DNA of 22,398 nucleotides from the NCBI GenBank assembly GCA_000934665.2, contig KZ539085.1, positions 62,001-84,398 on the forward strand, given 5' to 3'. The notes beneath the pieces were generated by a model. That model saw only the letters and a program-made list of their open reading frames with translations, had not been told where the DNA came from and searched no databases. This DNA comes from Catajapyx aquilonaris. Taxonomy: Eukaryota. This document shows, in pieces, positions 1-10,886 of this stretch (position 1 is the first letter of the stretch; every line of letters starts with the position of its first letter). The position numbers and the translations under genes were made by a program.

Positions 1-618
1 CTGGATATTAAGGATAATAACTGGAATGTTGTGTAATCCATGATTTGGACAGCATACAGTTCATTGATATTTACAAACATTCCACAAAATATTATGTTCA
101 GTTTATTATAGAGGGACAATTATTATAAAAGCCCTCATTCTTTCGAGGGATATCATGCTGCTTCACCAAGTAGGTGGAATTATGTTTTAAAAATGAAACT
201 ATAAATTACTGTTCATCTGACCACATTTCCTCCTCCTCCGTAAAGCAAGTTTATATGGACTTTTTCACCCTTAAAAAGTGAACTACAAATATTTCATATG
301 AAGAAGCAGTGCTAACCAACATTCGAATGAGCAATGCAGTCTATTCACACCTATAAGGCATCACTGACCAACTGTCTTATCTTAATGCCACTCACCACCT
401 CAACCTAAGCATGAAAACTGATAAGGTCATAAATTGCTCAAGAAGGCATAGAGGTACAATGTCACATGGTAGGGATGGAAAGTGTTATCCCAAGACATGA
501 CAACTCCATGCCCTCACCCAACATTCAATGTGTTCAGGTTGGTGTGAGGGGGTGGTATTAATAAGCACATTTGGCAATTCAGGAAACCCTTAGTTGAGTC
601 ATGTGATACCAGAGTTAA

Positions 619-1107
619 CCCTCGGACGGTGACGTGGGCACTTTTTGTGACCAACGACCCTTTTTTTGCTATAACTTGACAAATTTAGGACATTCGAGAT
701 TCATCTTTGAGAACATTTTCGTTTGACTATTTCTGTGATGAATGAAGTTTAGTTTAAATTTTTTGAGCAAATAGCGCGACCAGGAAAAAATAAATTAGAC
801 GGAAATGCGTAGTTGGGGCCTGACCAAGGTCCGGTCTGGCGGCTCCCGGTGGCATCCCAGGCCGCCAAGGGGTGGAATCCCCCTACCCCCGGGAATTGGC
901 CCAGACTGATTTTCTTTCCGATTTTTTTCTGATCGCACTATTTTCTCAAAAAATGTAAACTGTCGTAGAAGGAATCACACTATGATTGTCTCAAAGGTGA
1001 AGCCCGAATGTGGTATATTTCGCCAGATGTAACAAAAAATATGGCTTGGTCACAAAAAGTGCCCACGTCACCGGAGAGCGAACATTTCGCACGTCACCGT
1101 CTGAGGG
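619..1107. mobile_element. piggyBac-like non-autonomous element (MITE), TTAA target-site duplication (TSD)
   Basis: TTAA (615-618) + CCCTCGGACGGTGACGTG ... CACGTCACCGTCTGAGGG + TTAA (1108-1111). A second inverted copy of the left subterminal motif (TTGGTCACAAAAAGTGCCCACGTCACCG, about 1047-1074) gives asymmetric ends of the piggyBac type. The interior is also weakly palindromic. No ORF. Confidence 0.9.
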
Positions 1108-1286
1108 TTAACCTTGCCCACCTGAGCCAAGCAGTTTAGTTACAAGCACAGGTGAGGGAGGGCAACTCAATGGAGGTCAGAGCTGCCTTATGAGCTTCAA
1201 TGGGTTATACCCTATTTACTCAAATCTAATGAGTAAAACACACTTTTTCTCCTTCGAAAATATTGAAAAAAATAGGGTACATCTTA

Positions 1287-2487
1287 CAAGGGAACTGTAA
1301 AGTGTTGTCAACGGAGTTGCTGAATAAAACTTGACACAATAATATAGGCAGGTAAGTTATTAAACAAAATGCAAACCGTTTCTGTGGAACAATACAAGGT
1401 CAAAAGCTATGACCTCTCGAACTCAGTCCGGACAGCTTACCTTACGAGCAGAGTTTCAGATGTCGCACTTAAAGAAGCAGACATTTTATTGCATCACTGG
1501 AAAGGGATAATTACTCTGATTACAACGAGCTAAATTGCTAGATCACAGCCATATTTGAAACAATCGCTTTTGAATTTTTCAGAGAAAACAAACTATACAG
1601 AAATTATTTTCTCTCAAATTATGCGCCCGATTTGCATCACATCCATCTTATAGCTCCTGGAAAATTCCGATGATGGAACACATTGTTACAAACAGTTGTA
1701 GGTGCTAATTCATTTCATCTGCAGGTGGTTTATGTTTCTGGCTTACGACAAAATAGGGAACTTGATATTCTGAATTTTCCAAGAGCTACTTGTATAAGCT
1801 GGATTTGACGCCAATCGGGCACGTAATTTGAGAGAAAATTATTTTTGTCTTTATTTCCCGAAAAAATTCAGAAGCGACTCTTTCAAACATGGCTGAGAAC
1901 TAGCAATTTAGCTCGTTGTAATCAGAGTAATTATCCCTTTCCAGTGATGCAATAAAATGTCTGCTTTTTTGAGTGCGACATCTGAAACTTTGCTCGTAAG
2001 GTAAGCTGTCCAGGCTGAGTTTGAGCGGTCATAACTTTTGACCTGGTATCGTTCCGCAGAAATGGTTTGCATTTTGTTTAATAACTTACCTGCCTATATT
2101 ATAATAATATCCGGGTAGTGCTTGGCCTTCTCGGCATGTAGCACGGACCTTTATTTGTATGATGTACATATTTGGAACCTAATTATTGAAGCGCCCGGGC
2201 CCATGGGCAGGATGACAGGAGGGGATGTGCATGTCATTATGTGGCCATTTTTAGTGAACTCCCCCAGGTGGTTTAGTCTGTGGATATACCACCCGTGACG
2301 AAGCCAGAGGTGACCCTGAACTCTGCACAAGATGAAGGGGGTGTCCCCGGGTTGGGATCGAACCCGGGACCTTAACATCCGTGGGCGCATACGTTACCGC
2401 AGCACCACTCCGCCTCTCCTTACCTGCCCATATTATTGTGCCAAGTTTCATTCAGAAACTCCATTGACAACACTTACAGTTCCCTTG
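1287..2487. mobile_element. Long-TIR foldback DNA element, CAAGG termini, 3-bp TTA TSD (family A, copy 1)
   Basis: TTA + CAAGGGAACTGTAA ... TTACAGTTCCCTTG + TTA. The left arm (1287 to about 1668) is the reverse complement of about 1772-2102 plus 2437-2487, with a spacer of about 100 bp. The right arm is interrupted by a SINE. A homologous copy lies at 14341-14973. Confidence 0.9.
2103..2418 (-). mobile_element. tRNA-derived SINE, family 1, full length
   Basis: The minus-strand head GGCGGAGTGGTGCTGCGGTAAC...GGTTCGATCCC has Pol III A- and B-box-like motifs, and there is an (ATT)n tail. The 18-bp TSD is CTTACCTGCC(T/C)ATATTAT at 2085-2102 and 2419-2436. Homologous to 7712-8077 and 13892-14042. 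Confidence 0.92.
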
Positions 2488-2568
2488 TTAGAATAAGGTT
2501 CAAAGCATTCTAAGCCTAGGGGTGCAACTTAGATTCAAGTAAATACAATATTTGAATTCTGTAAAGTA

Positions 2569-2889
2569 CAGTAGAACCCCGATTATCCGTCACCCAAGGG
2601 ACTGGGGAATCGTCAGATAACCGAAAAGGTCGGATAATCCGAGGAGTAAAGAACTTTAATAAAACACAACAAAAAACATAAAAACATGAACTAACGTACA
2701 AATATTATTGTTTTCAAGAAATAGTGTTTTTTTAAACACACACACACTCTACTGTACTGTATTTACAAGTTAACTAAGGGAAAACAAACAAATGCAGAGA
2801 ACATTAAAGTATTTCATGAGAAAATATAATTTATTGCCGAAGCGGAATGGTCGGATAAACCGAGTAGTCGGATAATCAGGGTTCTACTG
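2569..2889. mobile_element. Tc1/mariner (pogo/Tigger-like) MITE, TA TSD
   Basis: TA + CAGTAGAACCCCGATTATCCG ... CGGATAATCAGGGTTCTACTG + TA, with subterminal CGGATAA repeats. It shares GGGACTGGGG and CGGATAA motifs with 17462-17834. Confidence 0.9.
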
Positions 2890-3083
2890 TATACCATGTC
2901 ATTGTATGCAAAACAATTTTTCATCAAACTTCAAGCCCATTAAATTCTTGACTGAAGGGTGCTAAAGATGTGCTTCGACATTCTTTTCACTGTACGTAGC
3001 AAAGAACAAAAATTGAAAACACGTGAATGTGATGGGGTAATGACAAAGCACTTTTCAGCTACATGTTGCCTTGAAAAACTCAC

Positions 3084-4448
3084 CGTGTGGAGCATTTGCA
3101 GCAGCATGTTCAGCATTCATGCTCCTCCTGAGTACATCCTGTTGGGCTTCCTTCTCTACACTGGTTAATTCTTCTCGCCTCAACCCGGACTGTTGCCTGG
3201 GTGAAGGTGGGATGAACAATCCAAATGGCCTCTGTGGAAGCTCAGAGGTGGGTGGAGCCCCAGGATGTTCCATACCATGCTTCCTCAGCTCCTCCATGCT
3301 CTTGTCCAGCGCTTCCATCACTGCATCATCCTCCATGCCAAAATCTCTCTCCAGGCGTACTTGTAAGAACTGCAGAATGTCATCCATGCCCAAACGCAGG
3401 AGTGTCTTGCGGTGGACCTTAAGCAGTGTGTAGGCCATTGCCACTGGAACTTTCTCACCTTCTAGAAGGTACGCATCCCACAAACGAAGTGTCAGACGAA
3501 ATGGAACACGATCGAGAAAGCACTGGAAGAACCACTTAAGTGTGTACAGCGCAGTGTCCACACCATGTCGATCTAAATGCCTCTTTAAACGTGGCACCAA
3601 CTTGTTCAACAATAGGTCATGATGAGCTTGAAATCGTAAAAGCTTTGGAAACCCAGGCACAAAGAAGCCATGCATCGCATACTTAGGGTTAGCCATCAGT
3701 GCTGACAGGCCCCAAAATGCTTGCTCTTCATCAAGGTACATCAACAGCAAAGCAGCCAACTGGCTCATGCCTTGGCAATAGCCAATTTCAGCATCATACA
3801 CACTGTAGGCAGCTAGGACATGAAACAATGACTGTTGTTTCAGCCCATATCTCTCTCTAAACATAATGTGGTCACGGTATGTGCGGTTTACATCTAGGTC
3901 GATTTGCCGTAGCTCAGAACTCCACTGGCGGGCCAACTCACGCATCTCAGCATATTTTCCTGCCTGCTCTTCAGCCAACTGCGGAATACCTAGCAACCGT
4001 GACCATACCTCACCTCTGAGTTTATCTGGTATACCCTTATAGACACGTCGCCGCAGCTTGTCTCCTAGATAATATTTGGGCCAATCACCTAGCATCTTAA
4101 GCCACTTTTTAACCCTTTCCATCTCCACTTCCTGTTCTTTCTTGCTTCGCTCACGACGCTCTCGCTTTCCCTTTGGCTGAGGTAAACGTTGGTCATGAAT
4201 AAATCCATAGCGATCAGTAGCGTGGTAGATTTCAAAAGCAGGGTCCTCCCAGGGATCAATCTGAGCACCTTCTTCACGACCCATGTCATATCGGGACACA
4301 ATTTGCTGTCTCTCCTGGCAAGCACGTTCCAGGAGCTCCTCCTCTGTTGGCTCGGGTTTCTTGGGAGGGGGTGGAGGTGGTGGGGAGGGAGACACCACTT
4401 CCTCTTCATCTTCCTCCTCCTTGTTATTATCGCCATGATCATGTATCT
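3084..4448 (-). CDS. USP6NL: USP6 N-terminal-like / RN-tre TBC-domain Rab GTPase-activating protein, large internal coding exon (1365 nt, phase 1-1)
   Basis: The translation contains the RN-tre-type N-terminus EEELLERACQERQQIVSRYDMGREEGAQIDPWEDP...TDRYGFIH, then VYKGIP, the Arg-finger motif RQIDLDVNRTY, the Gln-finger motif GYCQGMSQ, and LYTLKWFFQCFLDRVPF. The acceptor is ttttgacag|AG at 4449/4448 and the donor is CACG|gtgagt at 3084/3083. The track ORF 3055-4455 reads a few codons into the introns. Downstream exons were not located. Confidence 0.93.
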
Positions 4449-5636
4449 CTGTCAAAAGAGATGATTAATAAGTTAATTTACAGTGGGAAAACATTCACAC
4501 TAGTTAGCAAGAAAATTGTTGCAAGTCAACACTGGGAGGTATTGTGTTTTTCTTTCATATTATCAATTTATTCCTGCATTTGTATAGTAAATGCTCTCTA
4601 ATACAGCCAGGTGAAACCATGTCATAAAATAAATGCAAAGTGTGATTGTCATTTTAAAATAGGAACAACTCCAAGTGGCCCTGTCTTGATTAAGAGAGCC
4701 TAACAGTATATAAGTATACATCAAAGAATGCCTCATGCAGGGATAACTATTACCATTCAGTCCAAATACAGGTGCAACCAGTTTTATATTGCTTCATATT
4801 CTGCGGTTTCAAATTTATCTTAAAAAAATTGACAACACCAAAACAATCTGATCATAATCACACAATTGCAACACTTCTGAGTCCAAAACACTACAGTATA
4901 GGCACTTCTTTTGTTTTTCGTGGTGCATTGTGGCACAGTCTATAGATATAGAGGTGGGATCCATTTTACATCGCTTCATTTGATGCAGCTGAGTTGCTGG
5001 AACCTATTACAGGCATATAACAGGTCCCACCTGTACACCCAAAGCATTGCTTTTCATGTGAGCTATCAAACCTTATAAGTCACCTTCCACTTCCCAATTT
5101 ACAAATAAAAACAACACAAAAACCCTGCTCCTTATTATTGGAATCTACAACCATCACCCACTCTTGCACACATCTTACTAATTATCCAGTGACCACATCA
5201 TTTTCCCCTTTCTTCATTACATTTCCCCCCACTTTCCATGGCCTTTTCTACTACATTTGCTAAACGACACATTCTCTAACCACATTTCAAATTTCAAACT
5301 CTGCAGCTACAGGGGTAACACATTTTTTTTAAAGCCTATGTGTGGAGTCACAGGCTTGGGAAGCATATACTGTGGGTAGTGATTTCTCTTGTCATGCATA
5401 CAGTGTTACATATATGAATGAACCTTAAAAATCTACATAATTATTTCCATCCTACATGCAATGGGGTCATCCATAAAGTATGTCACATTGATAGCAGTGG
5501 GGGTTCAACCACCTATGAAGTCCTTGCTCAGTAGTTTAAAATGGAATCATGGAAATCAAAATCGCGCTATATTGCATTTTCAAGATAAACTAAACTCGAC
5601 CTTATTGAATGAAGCCTATAATAATGAAAATGCAGA

Positions 5637-6556
5637 TCTCACATGCACGATATTGGCACCCACAGAAGGATGTGGTGAAACTGTCGACATGCCAGGTGGT
5701 ACGACCCCCTTGAGTTGAACAACGACTGAATGGCAAGTGACAGTTTGACGACTCCGCAGAGGCTGCAAAAAATGTAGCATTGTTTCGATTTCTCCACTGT
5801 CGTGGAACGTAAAACTACGCTATGTTGAGCGAAAATCAAATTTATGGTGCATGCAACTCGCAATTATGATTTGCAGAATAGAATGTGGAAAAAATAGTTC
5901 CGGCGAAACTGAATCCATACCAGGTGGTTCGACGCTCGTCGCTCGAGCAGGAGCCATACGGCGATCGGTAGTAGTACACCCCCCACTTGCAACTCACCCC
6001 AAAAATAGCGCGGTTTTAGGTTCCATGGAATATTGAGTGAAAAGGAACCATGAATGGACCATGAAAGTGAACAAACTCTAGGTCCTAATATGCAACACAC
6101 ATCTATACATATTAGAATACCGCATGTGTCACTGGATCGAAGGAATGGGGATCCCAGTGTACCTAAATTCCATACTAGTCCTTAGTCCACTCATTTTCCC
6201 TTTCACTCGGTATTCCATGGTACATAAAACCGCACTACGTTCAGGGTGAAGTACCGCTCGTCACCGTATGGCTCCTGCTTGAGCAACGTGTGTCGCCACA
6301 ACTATTTTTCCAGCTCTCTATTCTGCAAATATAATTGCAAACGTGCATCATAAATGTGATTTTCGCTCAACATAGGGTGGTTGTACGTTCCACGACAGTG
6401 TGGAAATCAAAACCATGCTATGTTTTTTTCTGCCTCTGCAGGGGGGTCCATGTCACTTGCCATTCAGTCGTCATTCAACTCAAGGGGGTCGTACCACCTG
6501 GTATGTCGACAGTTTCACCGTATCTTTCCGTGGATACCAATATCACGCATGTGAGA
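5637..6556. mobile_element. Long-TIR foldback element (about 920 bp), superfamily unresolved
   Basis: TCTCACATGCACGATATTGG ... CCAATATCACGCATGTGAGA. The arms (5637 to about 6060, and about 6185-6556) are alignable reverse complements with many CpG-type mismatches. The TSD is ambiguous: GA/GA, or AGAT/AGAA if the ends are CTC...GAG. Confidence 0.88.
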
Positions 6557-6684
6557 GAAACATCGACAGAGCTTCAACTACGTAAAGGTAATCTTTGTAA
6601 CTTTTCCAGTTTTCGAATAAAATAAATGCAAAGTTACACCTGCTTGTTGGAGGGGGCTCTATGATTTTGTCCAACCCCTGTATA

Positions 6685-7062
6685 CAGGGTGTTTGTTACT
6701 AGTCCAGCCAACGGCTGTCAGCGTATTCCTTGAGCCAAAAGAAGTCGAAAATGTAGTATGGGTGGGATGTCTAGGGAGCAACCGTTAACATGACCTTGAC
6801 CAGAAACCTTGGTCAATGGTTGCTGAAGGAGCAGGATATGAGCGTGAAAATCACGACTGTTGGAATTTGAAAGGTCCCCTCTTTCACAGAAGTGATTATC
6901 ACCTCTCATATCCTGCAACTTCGGCAACCACCGGCCAATGTTTCTGGTCGTCTACCTCGTTAACAGTTGGTCCCTCGACATTTCTCCCCCCTACATTTAC
7001 GACTTGTTTTGGCCCAAGGTATACGCTGATGGCCGTTGGCTGGACTAGTTAGAAACACCCTG
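6685..7062. mobile_element. Tc1/mariner-type MITE, CAGGGTG termini, TA TSD
   Basis: TA + CAGGGTGTTTGTTACTAGTCCAGCCAACGGC ... GCCGTTGGCTGGACTAGTTAGAAACACCCTG + TA. The inverted match extends at least 70 bp. Confidence 0.92.
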
Positions 7063-7383
7063 TATTATGTGCAATTATCAGTCAACTCTGAAGGATCTGT
7101 CACAATAGCAATTATTGTAGCTGTGGGCAAGAACTTCTATCAGAAATTGCAGTAAATACTGTAGTATAAGAAACAAACATGAAACTACATTTTTTCCTAT
7201 CTGCTCTATGAGTTGCAAAAATTTGCCAATTTGTAATTCTCTCAACTTTCAAATGGTCTCATACGAAAACTGAATTCTGCAGTAATTCCCCCCCCCCNCC
7301 CCAATTTTTTGGCAACAGCAGTGTAAGCTGAACCATTTGAGTCACAGATTATTTTATAAAACTGACATTTAGGGCCGGTTTTA

Positions 7384-7704
7384 CTTGCCCACACTCTCAG
7401 AATAATTTGTCCACCTTGAAATCGTGGATGCTCGATTTGTGGAGAGGCATATGACGCTCATAAAACGACACCCAGGGTGCCAGAAAGATGCCCACTGAAA
7501 AGGGTGGGTCCTGGCCCTGATTAAACTAAATATGGAACCTCTAGGATAATTACCGTATTTTATACAAGGTATTAAAGTCCGTCACAAGGTGCTGAATAAT
7601 TCGGCCATATTAGCGCTTGCTGTGCCAAAATAAATCGGCCAGGTGATGTGACCCCCACTGTAGTAGGGAAAATTGTAAGGCATATGGAAATTTGCCATTG
7701 GCAT

Positions 7705-7750
<46 letters not shown>

Positions 7751-9082
7751 CCTGGCTAGTGCTTTCACCCCTCCTGGGGTATATCGCACGGACCTTTATT
7801 GTACCATTATTATGTGCATTGGAACCTTTGTTTGAAGTGCCTGGGCCCACAGGCAGGATGACAGGAGGGGACGTGCAAGGTGCAGTGCAATGTCGTTGCT
7901 GTGGTCATTTTGTGAACTCCCCGGGTGGTTTGTCTTAACGGAGATACCACCCGAGATGAATCCGGAGATGACCCAGAACTCTGCACGAGATGAAGGGGAT
8001 AACCCCAGGCTGGGATCAAACCCAGGACCTTAACGTCCGTGGGCGCACACGTTACCGCAGCGCCACTCCACCTCCCTCATTGGGATTATATATCATCATG
8101 TATCATATGGACATATTGTAAGTCACACACATGGAACGTGGAAGAACACTTGGAGGTGAAATCTTTAAGGGTCACGAAGATGCCTAATCCACGTGCACCA
8201 TGCCAAGACAGCATTGGACCACTGTGACAGGCAAACGACAATCTGTATCAACATGTCGACAGTGCTACATATGCAGGGATATGACTTCTACCAGGCAAAT
8301 ATGGGTGTATGTTGAAAAAAAAAATCTGACAAAGTTACAGGTCCATAACAATTGCGCTGTTATTGTAGGGAAAGATGATTCCTCTCTTGACAGCTGTTCA
8401 AAATAGGAAAAAACTAGCATAGGCGAAGGAAATGGAGGAAAGCGATCTGGTTGAAGGTCATTTTTAGTCATGAGTCCATGTCACAGGTCAGCCCCAGTGG
8501 AAACCGGTGGCAGAATAGGCGCACCACGTTTGTCAGAAATTCTTTTTCAACGTGCACCCTTATTTGCCTGATAGAAGTCATATCCCTGCATATGTAGCCA
8601 CTGTCAATATGTTGATACTGATTGTTGTTTGCCTGTCACAGTGGTCCAATGTTGTCTCGCCATGGTGCACATGGATTTGGCATCTTCGTGACCCTTCAAG
8701 ATTTCACCCCCAAGTGTTCTTCCACGTACCATGTCTGCGACTGACAAGATGTCCATAATTATGATACATGGTGAGCAAATTTTCATAACCTTCCAAATTT
8801 CCCTACTACAGTGAGGTCACATCACCTGGCCGATTTATTTTGGCAAGCGAGAGCTATGGGAGAATTATTCAGCACCTTGTGATGCACTTTAAATACCTTG
8901 TATAAAATACGGTAATTATCCTCGAGAGGTTCCATATTTAGTGTAAACGTGGGCCAGGATCCACCTTTTCCGGTGGGAACCTTTCCAGCACTCTGGGTGT
9001 CGTTTTATGAGCATAAGATGCCTCTCTGCTAATCGAGCAGCCACAATTTCAAGGTGGCTGAATTATTCTGAGTTTGGGCAAG
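7384..9082. mobile_element. Very long-TIR foldback element (arms of about 550 bp, spacer of about 195 bp), apparent TA TSD
   Basis: TA + CTTGCCCA...CAGAATAATT ... AATTATTCTGAG...TGGGCAAG + TA. The left arm (7384-7695 plus about 8093-8333) is the reverse complement of about 8529-9082. A SINE is inserted in the left arm. Confidence 0.9.
7712..8077 (-). mobile_element. tRNA-derived SINE, family 1, full length with long (ATT)n tail
   Basis: The minus-strand head is GGAGTGGCGCTGCGGTAAC...GGTTTGATCCC and the tail is (TAA)n at 7711-7750. The 16-bp TSD is CATTGG(C/G)ATTATATAT at 7696-7711 and 8078-8093. The body is homologous to 2103-2418. Confidence 0.92.
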
Positions 9083-9755
9083 TATAAAAGCAAATTAGAA
9101 AAGTCTCCACTTATGTACAAAGGTATTCACAATACATCATCTGACATAAGCAGTGATTTCCTCCTTACTTTGCATTCAAAGAGCCAACCATTAATGAGAT
9201 AGATGATTGGGCAATGCTGGTTGCACAATGTGATAACCCTTCAAGTGTAGTATTTCAATAGGACAAGATGAACGCAGACATGTCTAATTCAATTTCAGTT
9301 TCAGGGGATAACATGTGACTACAAGAATGGGAATAAAATACCATTGCTGTAAAAATGCAATATTGCTGCACCTTCTAAACTCACCTGTGGCCACTTGTGA
9401 GTCGGGAAAAAATTGCATTTGCCTATTTCACACCTTGATTTTCACAACTCCGAAAACTGCTAGGTAAAGAGTCAGTGTTTCACTTTTACTTCTTAGGCCG
9501 GGTTGCAACAACTCCCAGGAAATTTGCTTTCCCCTGCCCCTTCACCCTTTTTCCAAACGATAAAGTAGCCATTTGTGTGTAATAAAGTTACAAATAAAAC
9601 TAGATTATCAGCAGTGCTGCATTAAATTCCTGCAATCACACCCAACACCTTTTGAACTGAAGAACATTGCTGGCATACTGGCTCCAGCTATGGTAATGAT
9701 GCAATGCCTTGAAACTGAAATTGCTTGTAGCCCCCCAAACCAAGGCCGTTAGCTA

Positions 9756-9943
9756 GGCCCCATTTACATTGTCGACTAAGTCGAGGTGACTGTCTGAGGC
9801 AGGCGTGTCTTCCCAGTCGAACACAAATTAGAGCGGGCATTATTTCCTTTTGACTAGGAGGCTCTCCACTCAGAACGGCCGACTGATCGAGCACCCGCGG
9901 AATGCAGAGTCGCTTCGACTAAGTCGACAATGTAAACGAGGCT
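9756..9943. mobile_element. PIF/Harbinger-like MITE (188 bp)
   Basis: The left end GGCCCCATTTACATTGTCGACTAAGTCGAGGTGACT matches the reverse complement of AGTCGCTTCGACTAAGTCGACAATGTAAACGAGGCT. The flanks are CTA/TTA, a degenerate 3-bp TSD. The superfamily is inferred from the GGCCCC..TTTACA termini. Confidence 0.75.
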
Positions 9944-10093
9944 TTATAGTTAACCCCTTTGCTACCAGATAGGACAGAACCACGTAGATTTTGGCTTAAG
10001 CATACTCCGAAGATGCCTACAAGATATTTTACAAATAATAACAGCTATATTACCATGTTCAGGGAAAACACTATGAATGTGTCTGGGACAATT

Positions 10094-10553
10094 TTACTCG
10101 TCTAGAAGTCCCGAAATTAATTTTCAAAAAAAGGCTATAAAAACTGGAAATCTGAGTACTGCCAACCAACTGTTTGGCTGATTTAATTATGAAATGCATA
10201 AAAATATGCAGAATAACAGCCTTGAGAACCATGCCAGACGAATTTACTGAACTCACTGTACTTTGCGAGAAATAAATGAATACTTATTTGCGGCTTTCTG
10301 GTACTTCGGGAAACTCCCAAATTTATTTGCTATTTTCCAAAGTGCCAGAAAGCAGCAAATAAGAGTATTAATTTATTTCTTACAAAGTACAACGAGTTCA
10401 GCAAATTCGTTTGGCATGGTTCTCAAGGCTGTTATTCTGCATATTTCCACGCATTTCATAATTAAATCACCCTAACAGTTGGTTGGCAGTACTTGGATTT
10501 CCAGTTTTTATAGCCTTTGTTGGAAATTAATTTCGGGATTTCTAGAGGAGTAA
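10094..10553. mobile_element. Almost fully palindromic 460-bp foldback element with AATT TSD (Sola1-like target)
   Basis: AATT (10090-10093) + TTACTCGTCTAGAAGTCCCGAAATTAATT ... AATTAATTTCGGGATTTCTAGAGGAGTAA + AATT (10554-10557). The symmetry centre is near 10323. The opposite arm of the host element preserves the empty site (ACAATTCTCGGAT). An AWWT TSD is known for Sola1, but the assignment here is an inference. Confidence 0.85.
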
Positions 10554-10886
10554 AATTCTCGGATGCACGGGAAAAAGAGCACAAGCCAAAAAAGTTAATT
10601 TGGCAGAAGAGCAGATTATCTTAAATACCGGACTTCTTGTAAAGATGACATAACCTTGCTTGCACATTTTTTTCCTAGTCTGGTTTTAGGGCTTGACATG
10701 CAGCCTTCTGGCAGAACCAACAGGGACTCCTTGTACTGGCATAACAGGACACATAACTCAGTTTGCACATTTTCTGACTTATGCTCTTTTTTCCATGTAT
10801 CCGAGAATTGTTCCAGACACATTCATAGTGTTTTCCCTGAACATGGTAAGTACAGCTGTTATTATTTGTAGAATATCTTGTCCGTA

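Larger units (their letters stand above)
1210..2548. mobile_element. Old Tc1/mariner (pogo/Tigger-like) MITE split by later insertions
   Basis: TA + CCCTATTTACTCAAATCTAA at the left end and TTAGATTCAAGTAAATACAA + TA at the right end (15/20 inverted match). Both resemble a CpG-decayed CCGTATTTACTCGAATCTAA terminus. About 135 bp remain once the 1287-2487 insert is removed. Confidence 0.55.

Noticed and set aside
3055..4455. The 466-aa track ORF as a complete intronless gene or retrocopy
   Set aside because: It starts at a TTG inside a splice acceptor and has a strong GTGAGT donor about 30 nt before the stop, so it is an internal exon.
3071..4601. Plus-strand and alternative-frame ORFs overlapping the TBC exon
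   Set aside because: These are shadow ORFs of a real coding exon with no recognisable protein features.
5463..5486. GGGGTCATCCATAAAGTATGTCAC, which resembles a common insect MITE terminus
   Set aside because: No matching opposite end or TSD was found, so it is at most a relic.
6662..6682. Tc1-like end TGATTTTGTCCAACCCCTG-TA next to the 6685 MITE
   Set aside because: It is a solo terminus. The only candidate partner (TACAGGGGT near 5308) matches just 9 bp.
7288..7302. C homopolymer with an N at 7298
   Set aside because: This is a sequencing ambiguity, not a biological feature.
2103..8077. SINE-pair-driven circRNA of the TBC exon (the circle would be a stop-free multiple of 3)
   Set aside because: The two flanking family-1 SINEs are in the same orientation and cannot pair, and the foldbacks pair with themselves rather than across the exon.
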